A stretch of 63,452 nt of DNA, counting the filler, from Octopus bimaculoides (lineage: Eukaryota): the NCBI RefSeq assembly GCF_001194135.2. It is 5 parts of 5 records of this genome, joined end to end, with 100 filler letters (N's around TTAATTAATTAA, not from the genome) between each part and the next. Parts side by side here need not be neighbours in the genome. Positions count along the whole stretch, not along the records: positions 8,458 to 35,505 come from NC_068988.1; 4 more parts are not named here. One strand, given 5' to 3'. The position numbers were made by a program, and so were the translations under genes. This document shows positions 9,291-21,509 of this stretch, piece by piece. Below the pieces are notes generated by a model. It was not told the DNA's origin. It did no database searches and saw only the letters and a list, made by a program, of their open reading frames with translations. Position 1 is the first letter of the stretch. Every line of letters starts with the position of its first letter.

Positions 9291-12200
9291 TTATTATTCT
9301 TGTTGTTGTAGTGTAGGTTGTATTGATGATGTGGTTGTGTAGGTGATCGAGAGAGAATTGAAGCAACATAAACGAAAACAGAATTAAACGAGGAAGAGGA
9401 GGAGAGATAAGATTATGAACTCCATTATACCACCATCACAATCACCATAATTTACTTATCACTGAGGAAGATCCGACACGGTGAAACAACCTAGCAGAAG
9501 TATAAATTAAATCTCTCCAGAATCACACTTTCTATATTTAAACAGATGATCACGTTCATTCAATATATCTAAAGAAAAAAAATGATGAAAGCATAGTACA
9601 GTTAGGATATGTTGGAACCAGGATCTATACGAGTTTGGTATTAAAGCAACAATACTTTTATCTAGCTAATCATAAGCACCAAAACAAAACAGTATTAATG
9701 CATCTAGCACGATCTCTCTTCTCTTGTTTATACCAGTCTGTATTTCGTAAGACATGCTTATCGTTGTTAAAAATTAAAGCTTGTTCAATCGTGTGAAAAT
9801 TACAATTTTATTGCTGACCAGAGTCTAATTCACATTTTAATCGAAACACTATCAATAATGTTTCTTTTGTCCTTCGCAATCGTGTTTAAAAATAATATCA
9901 GCTGAATGCATTCAATATATAGTTTTAAATGTCGAAGGAATGAGAGAAGAAAATAAGAATGTGGTGATATCAGCAGTAACAGACAATATTTGTTAAGCTG
10001 AAGGAAACTGTTATACTTGCTCATCTCATCAATTACTTTCGAATGGCCATTAATACACATTGTCTTCGTAAGATAGAGAATGTTTAGAATGATTATAACA
10101 ATGGATGCTAAGTGATAACAGACACATTTCACCTTACTTTAGAAGCAACGTGTGAATTTCCTTATGTATATTTGCTCTCTGCGCAGAGGCTATTAGCATC
10201 AGTTGAGCGACGGCCGACATAATGATTTACGATTTGGAGTTACATGCCTTAGAAAAGTATCGCTGATGTCTTAGACTGCGTGTATCATAATAATATCATA
10301 ATAATTCAATTCACATTTACCACATTATATATGAATATTAAATCTACCCAGGTATTTGAGTATAGGTTACTTTATCTAATCCAAAAGGATAAAAGTTGAT
10401 CTCTGAGGGATTTCTAATCAGAAAGTAGAGACAATAGCTAAATATTGCTGGCAGTCTCTAACACTTCTGCGAATTCTACGGTATGGAGAGCAATATACAT
10501 GTTTCATTTTTTTTGGCCAACATAATTGATTCTAGTCTTCCATACGATCTATGATTTTGTAACCATGTCAGTTCCTTACATGATTAGTCTTTAATATTTA
10601 CATATTCTACTGAATATTTATTTATTTTTATTCCAACCAGCTACAGAATTTTCATCTCTGTAGCCAAGTCACAATTCATCATATATCTGGTGTATAATGT
10701 TGGTTTCAAACGGCCAGTAGGTACAGGGGAGAAGACAGGTCGATTTCAATCGCCCCTGTACTCAACTGGAACGTAAAGATGAATGAAATGCCACTAAGCG
10801 TTTTCACGAGCATGCTAAAGATTTTGATAGCTCGCCACCTATATATGATGTATAATATTACCTTATTATTCTATACCGCATTTATTCAGTAATTATGCAA
10901 CATTTTACAAAATAACGTAATACTTTCAATTGGCGAATTGTAAAACGCTCTTTTCTTAAAACATGGTGCTTTTGTTTCTTACTGTATTGACCTTTAATAA
11001 CAAAAAAAAAAAACAAAAAAAAACACAAAGCTATAATTATAAAGGAACAAATTATGGTGTGTTGAAAGAGAGATCAGTGACTTGTTGCTAATTTATGAAA
11101 TGCTGGAAGTAATATAGGAGTATAAGTAACATAGAAACACAAATATATTCACCCTGAAGTAGTTGTGTGTAAACAATTAAGTATAGCAACGTAGTGGTAC
11201 TGTGTCATAGACCAGATGGCACACTCTTTTTCCTATGATAAACAGTGTTACTAAGCAACAGGCGAAATGGTGAATAACGGTCTCTGTGCTTTCATAAATA
11301 GCAACAACGCGGTTCATTCTCTAAGCTGTATATTGCTTTGGGTAGTATCTGACCTTAGATTAGTCCTAAGGACGAAACTACTGTATATAGTTAAAACTAC
11401 TGTATATGGTAAAAAATAAATTGTGTTTGCTTTGAATGCCATTCTGCCGCGTTGTATATTAGGCCACTATATTGTATGTGTATGTGTATTCATATGTGTG
11501 CGTCTGTGTGTTCATTTCGATATCATGTGATATCAAAGAGTTTTAGATAATAATTAGAACTAGTCTATCGTAAAATCCTCTCGGTGTCTTTACGAAGAAC
11601 TTGCCTCTCTCACTTATGTGAGATCACACATAATGCATAGATTATTAATATTCAATTTTAATTCCTTAAAACCAGCACGTTCAGAACCATACCAAATGTG
11701 AACTCCTGCAGGTCTGGCTTGCTATATAGGCAAGCTGGCCCCATCCCTATGAATATAATTTCTCTAAGCAGGTTTTATCATCCCATTTCAGCCATGTTCA
11801 AATAATTGTAGTTATATACAAACATATTTCGAGGAACAAGTTGAGAATTAGAAGAAATTGGTGAATGCTTGTGTTAGCAAAAATATCGTCAAGTCAGTTG
11901 TTGCTCTCAATAGATTTTGATAGTAGTAGGAAAAGAAAGGAAGATATTTTGATCATTTCGAATAATGATTCCTTCTTTGAAAGGGCCTAAAACTAAAATA
12001 TTAATCCTTTAAATATTTCCCAACAACTAAACTTACAGTTCATTACACATTTTTAAAAATAATTTCTCCGAATTGTATTGCCCTATTTTATTTGGTGTTA
12101 CTTCAAATTTGACCATCGTTTTTAGTTTTCTTTTTGTTTAGCCCGACTATACCACATCATGTATAACCGAGCAGATTAGTCATCTAAAGCGTGACCACAT

Positions 12201-13848
12201 CAGTCTTTTTCTATAATTAAGACTGCTCCTTTAGTTTACTTGCATACCAAATGATTTGATCTGAGACCAATTGCAGAGTGGAAGACTCACTTTAGTCATC
12301 CAAAAGTACACAACAACTCTTATAACCATTTATTAATTGAAATCAAAATGTCCGTCTTACTATCTCCCACCAAGTTCCAGCAGAACCATTCCAGTAACTG
12401 GGTCAGAAATGGCAGGACGAAAATGTCGTTGCCAATATAATAAATACGTAATTAACAGTTTCCGTGAGGTTTTGAATAGTTAATTTTAGCCTCTCAAACT
12501 GTAATTGGAAGACGTTTCGATCATTTCGTATAATGATTCACTGGCAGAAAGGGCCTAAAACTAGAATATTAATTCTTTAAACATTTTTCCTATTTACGCT
12601 TTTCTTCCATTTTCTGTATATGCATACATAACAATATATATTCAGTAATACATATCAAAGTCTAAATTATTCATAAATACTTTCTTTGACAAACAAGTTC
12701 AGAGTTTGAGCAAGTATGCGAATGTCTGTGTTAGCAAAACTAACGACAAAATTCAAAACAGTTGTTGGTATTTATTAACTTGGAGAGGGATAAAGCGCTG
12801 TTGATTAAAATATAAGTAAATTATAGTTGTGCACTTCTGATTAATTCCAGTACGACCCAACTTTGCGCACAGAAGCAAATATACTACTTGCTCTTTAAAT
12901 ATAAGAACAGCCTTACTAGTACCAATAAGAAGTGAGAATTCGATATAGTTTAGAGGCTATAATACACCTCATACAGATGACACTCAACCACGGCTACATG
13001 GTTTCTTATAATCAAAGCAGCTGGAAGCTAAGGAACATGATTACGCAGGTTCTGTACGTTTGTCCATCATTTAATTACACACGCACACACATATATAGGT
13101 GCCTTTGTATGTGCAAATGTGTGCGCATGTATATATATATATATATATAGACTTTATATTATGTAGTTTACCTAGACCTTTTAAAAGATAGCTACGTTAT
13201 TTAAACTTTTACATAGAGTTTACTTCTAAATTAGGTAGTGTTTAAATTAACGGGTTTACTTAATGGGAACCAAATTAAAATATCTGTATATTAACAAGGA
13301 TGGTTATACAATAAAATTCTGAAAATAGTACAACCATAAATTTTGAAGAAAATTGCATAATTTTAATTCTGTGGTCAGTAATGTTTCACGGATACAATTC
13401 TTTTTGCGTTAGCATTTCATAAGAAAAGTCAGATGATATTTGATGCCTCTAATTTTCACACGGAAATATGCAAACACAGGAACCGACACACATATACACA
13501 TACATAGACACACACAGACGCGGACACACATAAAAACACGCATGCATACACAAACACATGGAGAGAGAGAGAGAGAGAGAGGGGGGAGGAGAGGGAGAGA
13601 AAGAGAGATTGAGTGAAGAAAGATACGCCTAGAGTCATAATTATTTTTCTAATCTGCATTACACAATGAACTGAGTTTTACAGGATTTTGTTCTGAAAAT
13701 AGGAATTATTGGAAGCAGAAATAAATTATATATATTATAAATATTAACATAAAGGTTTATATTGATATTTCAAGATTTATCATGGATTATACTCTTCGAT
13801 ATTATATTACATTTAATATGTAGGTAAGTGTGTGTGTGCGTATATATA

Positions 13849-13850
13849 TG

Positions 13851-13906
<56 letters not shown>

Positions 13907-13935
13907 CATAATAATAATAATAGTAATAATAATAC
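13849..13935. repeat. (TAA)n microsatellite
   Basis: Direct reading. Confidence 0.95.
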
Positions 13936-15744
13936 TTGGATTGAATTTAAAAACATTTAATGCATCTCTACGTGCGTTTCCACAAGACACTTGTCTCTTA
14001 AAATCATATTCCATATTTCTGCGATGATTACAGTGTAGTTCGTAGTATCTGTGGGCATAGGTTTGATCATCTTCATGGATTTATTTCTTCAGACGATATT
14101 ACATTAATGAATGTACAACAGAGGGATGCATATCCCTTTTGAACAGTATGAAGTTGACTAAGTTGTGCCAATATTCCTGTGTGTATTTAGTGGGGAGTGT
14201 AAGGTGATGGAAAGAGAGGAATGAACGGTAGATATACGGGGATTGAGGTACATGTAGTGATGTGGGATTTACCTTGCTATTCATTTATCAGCTGTTAAGG
14301 ATGGGTAGTACATTTTTTTTGCTTGATCTCATTTAAGGTAAGAATCTCTTCAATAAATTCTGAAGTCAACAGGTCATCCGGTACTGCCATTACAACCATC
14401 AGCTTTTTGGGTTTATTGACTGAATTGATAACAGATACTTTCTTAGAGTCATTCTTTCATTGTTTTTGGTGGGATACTGTATAGAATCCTAATATTGGAG
14501 GCTTTGTTTATCTGTTTTCGTTCCTTCTTTGTTCTATAATGTGACAAGGGCGGTTGATGTTATTTCGTTTCAAAATGCTTTTTTTTTCCAAATTCGAGAA
14601 TGTCTTTTCAAATTCCAGAAAGTTTCTTTTTACAAATTCCTTGTTTTGTTTTTATGTTTACATCATATGATCACCTCAGATCGCCTATTTACCATGTTTT
14701 TGCTGGACGTGATGATTTCCAAGGTTTCTTCTAGGCATAGAGAATCATAGACTAGTTGGTCGTATGCTCTACTCCATTAAGTTTGTGTCTGCAGACGAGG
14801 TTCGATGATGTGAAGTGCCATCTATTTACATAGGAAAATAATGTGAGAGTATTAGGCAAATGATTTTTCATGGAGTCTCCGGTCCTGCCAGTGTACACGT
14901 ATTTCTGCATATCTGCCTTCACGTCGCATTTGTAAACTACATTTTTTTATCATGCAGGAAATCAGTCTATGGAAATAACATTTACTAATCAGAAATGCGT
15001 GCACACGCACACGCATCTTCACATACAAAACACACAAATAACAACTCACACACGCATATTTAGTATAAAGCAATTGCTTTATGGAAGAGTAGTAGATGTA
15101 TGTTAACAACCATGTAAGAATTGTGCAATAAAATGTTTAACTCCTCATTAAATAAGTTCCAGGTTTAGCATCTGTAAGTGGTTAATATAGCTTTTACACG
15201 ATGCACTTACTTCACTCTCAAAACATTTTATCTGAAATCATGCTACTAGTTACGCAATTAGAACAACTTTATACATACATACATGCATACATATACATGT
15301 ATTCAAATACATACACGCACGCACACACACACAAATATATATGTATATATATATATATATACATGTATTATGCACACACACATATATGCATACATATTTA
15401 CAGACATATATGTATATGAATATACAGTTGTTTGAAGGGAATATATAAGGTGTTATAATTATATGCATGCTTTGTTTCATAAATCATAAGATGTATAATC
15501 CTATACGTATGACATTCGTAACAAATTTCGGAGATGACGAACTATTCAGCCAAAAGTTGACATTTGACAAAAAGTTAACATCTAAATTTCCTTTATCGAG
15601 TACGTGGATAACTTAAATTTTATGTTATTTGTGGAATTTCGATTTCCTTTTGTGAGAATATTTCATTACTTCCGTGTTTGCTTCATACTTTTGCTTGATG
15701 GGTTTGGGTCATCCCAGGCTAGAGGTCCAAGACACATTACCATG

Positions 15745-16012
15745 CTTACAGCCTACTAGGTCCAGCAGTGCTCTCAATTAATGGTGTTTCCATACCAGCC
15801 GTTCTGCATCTTCCAAGGAGTCGACGAGCCTCTGCATTCTCCTTAATCTTGTCCAGCCACATGGTAATGGAAGAGTGCCACACTCGTCTTCAACACTACA
15901 GGGGCATCGTCCTCCTCTCCATCCAGGGTAATTTCTTAAGGTTCCTCGTCAGCCACATTCTCCCTGCTATTGGAAGCAGACACCGCCCACAAGAAGCCGG
16001 ATTCATGCAGAG
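15745..16012. mobile_element. Rearranged RTE-type LINE remnants
   Basis: Plus strand ~15885-16012 gives HYRGIVLLSIQGNFLRFLVSHILPAIGSRHRPQEAGF, resembling the RT N-terminal NYRGITLLS...GK...RPEQxGF block. Minus strand ~15745-15860 gives WLDKIKE..., resembling an RTE ORF end. Confidence 0.55.
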
Positions 16013-16329
16013 TTGATCTGCTGCTGCTCATATTTTTACCCTTCGTCTCATCATATTTCATTAACTGCTAATTATTTAGAATTATTGCTAAGAATATGAC
16101 TTCGGTGTGACTTTAAACTGTGTCCTGTAATGGGGTCCCTTTTCGGGAGTTCCAGGCTCTTGAAGAAAGTGGAGCTACGTTTTAGCCTCAATTGTTTCCA
16201 GGTCCACTCTGATCCGAAGTAGTAGCGTCTCTAAGAGCTCCAACTATAGGTTGATTAGCATGTTATGGGAGGAACTTCATATACAAACTCTCGCTTGTGA
16301 GGGATTGGGAAAGGAAAGGAGAATAGGAG

Positions 16330-16640
16330 TCAAGCTCGATAGCAAATCAAAAAATGGAGCCCCTCAGTTGGTCCCTTGCCGTCTTTGACACTTGTCCGCC
16401 AACTCTCAGTGGAATTCTCCAACCCTGTAAGGCAATTTGCCTTCAAGGCCACTCCAATATAAACCAACATTTAGCCATCACATCAGCCATCTGTGGTCCG
16501 CCCTGCCTCCCAATGTCAAAAGAGTTGTATCGGAAAAGAGTAGTCTGACTCTCACTTTCAAACCACTAATCGCAGGCAGGAAGAAAAGACTTCCAGTCTT
16601 AAGGATCGACTACATAGTCACATGCGGGCGTGCCTCTCTT
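16330..16640 (+). mobile_element. Possible CR1/L2-type LINE 3' remnant
   Basis: RPLQYKPTFSHHISHLWSALPPNV...LTFK resembles the C-terminal RTxxYxxSF...LWNxLPxxV...FK pattern of CR1/L2 ORF2. Highly decayed. Confidence 0.4.
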
Positions 16641-16964
16641 TATCATGAGCTTTCGACACAATGAACCTATTGTCATCAGTGTTAAGAATAAATGTGACAG
16701 TCAAAAAATAACATTTCTTAATCAGAAATATATTCAAGATGCCGATAGATGATAGTTTTGTAAGAATTTGAACTGAATAAATGTTATTACTCATTCATGC
16801 GTGTGACGCAAACAAAACCATTACTTAATTGTCATGGGTTTCTTTAAGTACACAAGCGATATCAATTTGCGAATTAAAACTTAAACTGATATTTGAAGCT
16901 TGAGCGGCATTAATAAACTAAGCTTTCTAGCATTGCTATTTAGCTACCTACGATTTTATATCTT

Positions 16965-17325
16965 TTGTCTTTAACTCGCTTCAGTCGCCAGATTGTGACC
17001 ATAATGAAGCAGTAACTTGAATCGGCTGTAGTACATACTTTTTGGTACTTATTCTATTGGATCTTTTTTCCGTTCTACTAAGGAAGGAGGACGTGAACAA
17101 ACCTAAACTGGTAGTCAAGCGGTGCTGAGGAAGAAACACAAACAGAAAGACACATACACACACGTAGAAAGACATAGATAGATAGATACGACACACTTCT
17201 TTAATTTTCCGTCTGACGAATTCATACAAAGATTGTTAGCTCAGGGCGATAATAGAAACATTTGCTCAAGGTGCAACTAAACTGTATGGTTAGGAACCAA
17301 ATCTATTACCACACAGGTATGCCTG
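16965..17325 (-). mobile_element. SINE family B, degenerate copy
   Basis: ttcagtcgccagattgtgaccata...cttattctattggatctttttt...ttgctcaaggtgcaac...accacacag are reverse-complement family B segments. Confidence 0.6.
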
Positions 17326-18771
17326 TGCATACGTAGTCAAGAAGCAATCACAAATTACAGAAAAGAAAGAATTGTATAACCATCAGATATTTGGAAAAAT
17401 ATTGTAAAATATGCAAGTCAGTGAAAATTTGTGACTAGGAAATATTAAAAAGGAAAAATAGTAAATATTACACACTAATATTGCAAATTTTAGTCGGTAG
17501 CATAAAAAATTTGCATTCATGAATTTTGTAGTATCTTTACATTTCAAACCACGTCAACATATCCATAGATATCAACACGTGTCAAGGAGCACTAACATAT
17601 ATATCCTTCAGATACAAGTAGATATTAAACCAGCAGTATCAGAATGTTTAGTTGAATCGTTTTGAAATTGTAGAGACGGTAAAGAAAAAGTTAGCAAAAT
17701 GAATCTCGTAGCTTGCCATGAAAATAGTGGTAAATTGAATATCTCTCCTCGAATTTGACAGGAGAAAATATTAATTCATTGAGTTTCATCATCATACAAA
17801 ATACATTTCGGTTGAACTTAAAAATATACTTTTATGCATATAAAAATTAAAAACAAACCCACTGTCTACGCATATATATATATATATATANNNNNNNNNN
17901 NNNNNNNNNNNNNNNNNNNNNNNNNNNNNNNNNNNNNNNNNNNNNNNNNNNNNNNNNNNNNNNNNNNNNNNNNNNNNNNNNNNNNNNNNNNNNNNNNNNN
18001 NNNNNNNNNNNNNNNNNNNNNNNNNNNNNNNNNNNNNNNNNNNNNNNNNNNNNNNNNNNNNNNNNNNNNNNNNNNNNNNNNNNNNNNNNNNNNNNNNNNN
18101 NNNNNNNNNNNNNNNNNNNNNNNNNNNNNNNNNNNNNNNNNNNNNNNNNNNNNNNNNNNNNNNNNNNNNNNNNNNNNNNNNNNNNNNNNNNNNNNNNNNN
18201 NNNNNNNNNNNNNNNNNNNNNNNNNNNNNNNNNNNNNNNNNNNNNNNNNNNNNNNNNNNNNNNNNNNNNNNNNNNNNNNNNNNNNNNNNNNNNNNNNNNN
18301 NNNNNNNNNNNNNNNNNNNNNNNNNNNNNNNNNNNNNNNNNNNNNNNNNNNNNNNNNNNNNNNNNNNNNNNNNNNNNNNNNNNNNNNNNNNNNNNNNNNN
18401 NNNNNNNNNNNNNNNNNNNNNNNNNNNNNNNNNNNNNNNNNNNNNNNNNNNNNNNNNNNNNNNNNNNNNNNTATATATATATATATATATATTTGTATTG
18501 TGCGTATATATGTTGGTATATCTATATCCATACATGAAAAATTATGCATAACCCAACATACATACCAACGAATACATCCAAGCATGTATAATCATAAACC
18601 CACTCGTATATACACGCGTACACATATATAGATGTGCATATACAGAATTTGATACTTAAGTATTTGGACAGAGGAGGCAAGCGCTATCAAATTCTTTTCA
18701 AAAGTAAAACATATTTCGTAAAGGATATCAGACGGAAACTTCATATAAGGAGTTAGTAGTAGATTACTTAC

Positions 18772-18907
18772 CTTCGAAAGTTCGGTTCCACATTCGTCGT
18801 GTAATTGCCGTCCCATTCGATATACTTTCATTCGCAGCCAGTGTCTCATTTATTGCTAACGCATATAGTATAACAGCATCATGAAAAGCTCCCACGAAAC
18901 TGTTTAC
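18772..18907 (-). CDS. NPR1-like: Internal coding exon (136 nt, phase 0 to 1) of a natriuretic-peptide-receptor-type membrane guanylyl cyclase, extracellular ANF-receptor domain; exact orthology not established
   Basis: Acceptor taatttcag|GTAAAC and donor GAAG|gtaagt. Open frame VNSFVGAFHDAVILYALAINETLAANESISNGTAITRRMWNRTFE(G) matches the NPR/GC ectodomain block AFHDAVxLYAxAxNETL...NGxxITxxMWNRTFxG. It is missed by the ORF track because it has no in-frame start before the motif. Confidence 0.93.
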
Positions 18908-19009
18908 CTGAAATTATACGATATACATATAAATATACTCAGATATACATTACAACTGCTTACCTGAAATTATGCGGTATACATATAAATATACACAGAT
19001 ATACATTAA
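18898..19009. repeat. 56-bp tandem duplication spanning the guanylyl-cyclase exon 3' splice site
   Basis: 18898-18953 aactgtttacctgaaattatacgatatacatataaatatactcagatatacattac versus 18954-19009 aactgcttacctgaaattatgcggtatacatataaatatacacagatatacattaa; about 5 differences. Confidence 0.9.
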
Positions 19010-19864
19010 AACTTTATATNNNNNNNNNNNNNNNNNNNNNNNNNNNNNNNNNNNNNNNNNNNNNNNNNNNNNNNNNNNNNNNNNNNNNNNNNNNNNNNNN
19101 NNNNNNNNNNNNNNNNNNNNNNNNNNNNNNNNNNNNNNNNNNNNNNNNNNNNNNNNNNNNNNNNNNNNNNNNNNNNNNNNNNNNNNNNNNNNNNNNNNNN
19201 NNNNNNNNNNNNNNNNNNNNNNNNNNNNNNNNNNNNNNNNNNNNNNNNNNNNNNNNNNNNNNNNNNNNNNNNNNNNNNNNNNNNNNNNNNNNNNNNNNNN
19301 NNNNNNNNNNNNNNNNNNNNNNNNNNNNNNNNNNNNNNNNNNNNNNNNNNNNNNNNNNNNNNNNNNNNNNNNNNNNNNNNNNNNNNNNNNNNNNNNNNNN
19401 NNNNNNNNNNNNNNNNNNNNNNNNNNNNNNNNNNNNNNNNNNNNNNNNNNNNNNNNNNNNNNNNNNNNNNNNNNNNNNNNNNNNNNNNNNNNNNNNNNNN
19501 NNNNNNNNNNNNNNNNNNNNNNNNNNNNNNNNNNNNNNNNNNNNNNNNNNNNNNNNNNNNNNNNNNNNNNNNNNNNNNNNNNNNNNNNNNNNNNNNNNNN
19601 NNNNNNNNNNNNNNNNNNNNNNNNNNNNNNNNNNNNNNNNNNNNNNNNNNNNNNNNNNNNNNNNNNNNNNNNNNNNNNNNNNNNNNNNNNNNNNNNNNNN
19701 NNNNNNNNNNNNNNNNNNNNNNNNNNNNNNNNNNATATATAAATATATATATACTACACCAGTATGCTTAAGTTAATGTATGTATTCGTTTACCGTACAA
19801 TCGTGTCTCATACACACACGCTCAGACGCACAAGCACACACATACACACTCACACACACAAATA

Positions 19865-19995
19865 TATATATATACACGACAGGCTTCTTTCAGTTTCCGT
19901 CTACCAAATCCACTCACAAGATATTGGTTTACCTGAGGCAATAGTAGAACCCGGAACCATATGGCATGTTAGCAAGCTACTTACCACTCAGCCAC
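19865..19995 (-). mobile_element. SINE family B, 5' half
   Basis: acgacaggcttctttcagtttccgtctaccaaatccactcacaag...gaacc..atggcatgttagcaagctacttaccactcagcc is the reverse complement of 49005-49150. Confidence 0.75.
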
Positions 19996-20577
19996 GGAAT
20001 AATATATATGTATTTTCTCTGTATGTTTGTGGGTGCATGTGTGCATGTTCATGTTTGGGGTGTATGGGACTCGACTGTACAGTAAACGAATACGTTCACA
20101 AACTTATGCATACTTGTGTAGAGGTACCAAACATGTCGAACAGCAATTATAAATAATCACGAAATGTTGTGCAAAAAAATAATGTCATTTGCTATACTAA
20201 TTTGGTATCCATTGCACATCTCTCTAAACATACATACGACATGAAATCCTAGACAAAGTACAATAAATCAACCAAAAAGTCCCAAATCGTTCCTTTAATA
20301 TAGCAGTATTTTAGGTTAATGCAGTAAATGAGTGGAGTTATATGTCACGAGTCATGTCTTCTGATATCGTTTTTTTATATTAGCTGATATCAAGTGACAG
20401 CTTGAAGAAAAAAATGTCTGCATCTTAGAAAAACAAGTTCTGTAACACGCACTAATGTTTCTGATTTGACCTACTATTTTCTATATGTAGTGCATAACAT
20501 GCCATTGTTCTTTTAGGATTATTAATACTATGTTTGGTTACCAAGTAATGTTAGTAATAATAATGATGATGATGTTG

Positions 20578-20632
<55 letters not shown>

Positions 20633-20953
20633 TTTTTATTGGCCACAAGGACTCGAAGGACGAGTTTTCAGCAAAGCCCCAAAATTACAAAAACAAAAAC
20701 ATGTGGGTCGACATCAATCAAGAGAAGATACTACCACATTAAAGGATGTAACAGAGGATATATAATCGAAAGTAGAGAAATAAATCATGAATGAATAAAT
20801 AGAATTCCCTATTGGGTGGGGGAGCAGTCCAATTAAGGCTATCCGGTGTTAACCCCGCACAAAAATCCCGGATTACTTGCTTAGAAAAGCATATTGAGAG
20901 CACTTCCATTGAATATCACTATGCCACTGTCGACCACCTTTTGATAAACACAC

Positions 20954-21022
<69 letters not shown>

Positions 21023-21026
<4 letters not shown>

Positions 21027-21495
21027 CGCTTTGATGCAATACCAGGCAATGGATCTAAGGGCTACGATTGGAAGTGTTATGTTTTGTATAAAAGATGGGC
21101 TGCAGCAAATTTTCTCATCAATATCACAAATTTGCTTGTCAGATGCTTGACCTTAACCAATTGAGAATGTTTCTTAATGGCTGGTGATACGGACATCTCT
21201 GATCACCAGCAGAAGTAGTGGGGGGAGCATCATAGACTCTTTGGAGTTTAAATAATTCACTTCTGGCAACATGGCTGTTTCGTTCATCATCTTTAAAAAT
21301 CTACATTTAGGGAAATTTTGAACAGGATGCGTTACTTGACTTGAAAAGATTCTAACTGGAACATACCTGGACGGTTATGAAAAGTTTATCTTATCATTAA
21401 GTCACTATGTCGTGCATAGATAGTTGTGATGCATGTACCTAGTTTTCCTGTCTGACAGGTAGTCATGATAGGTATATTGGGCTTCGTATATTTCT
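21023..21495 (+). mobile_element. ~550-bp (TAA)n-associated interspersed element, copy A
   Basis: Homologous to 36407-36960 (ataccaggcaatgg...gattggaagtgttat...gatcaccagcagaagtagtggggggagcatcatag...ctgggcttcgtatat). It starts directly after the (TAA)n tract at 20955-21022. Confidence 0.8.
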
Positions 21496-21509
21496 ATTTC
21501 TATTCCAAT

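Noticed and set aside
9830-10132. 100-aa minus-strand ORF
   Set aside because: No recognisable motif, AT-rich codon composition and no convincing splice sites; consistent with chance.
12330-12415. Possible next cyclase exon (minus strand, VTGMVLLELGGR)
   Set aside because: It lacks the Gly-Ile start and the NGDR motif, and has an in-frame TAG after 12 codons.
14050-14950. Possible decayed retroelement ORF on the minus strand (weak GIY-YIG or ORF1 resemblance)
   Set aside because: There are too many stops and no diagnostic motif I can defend.
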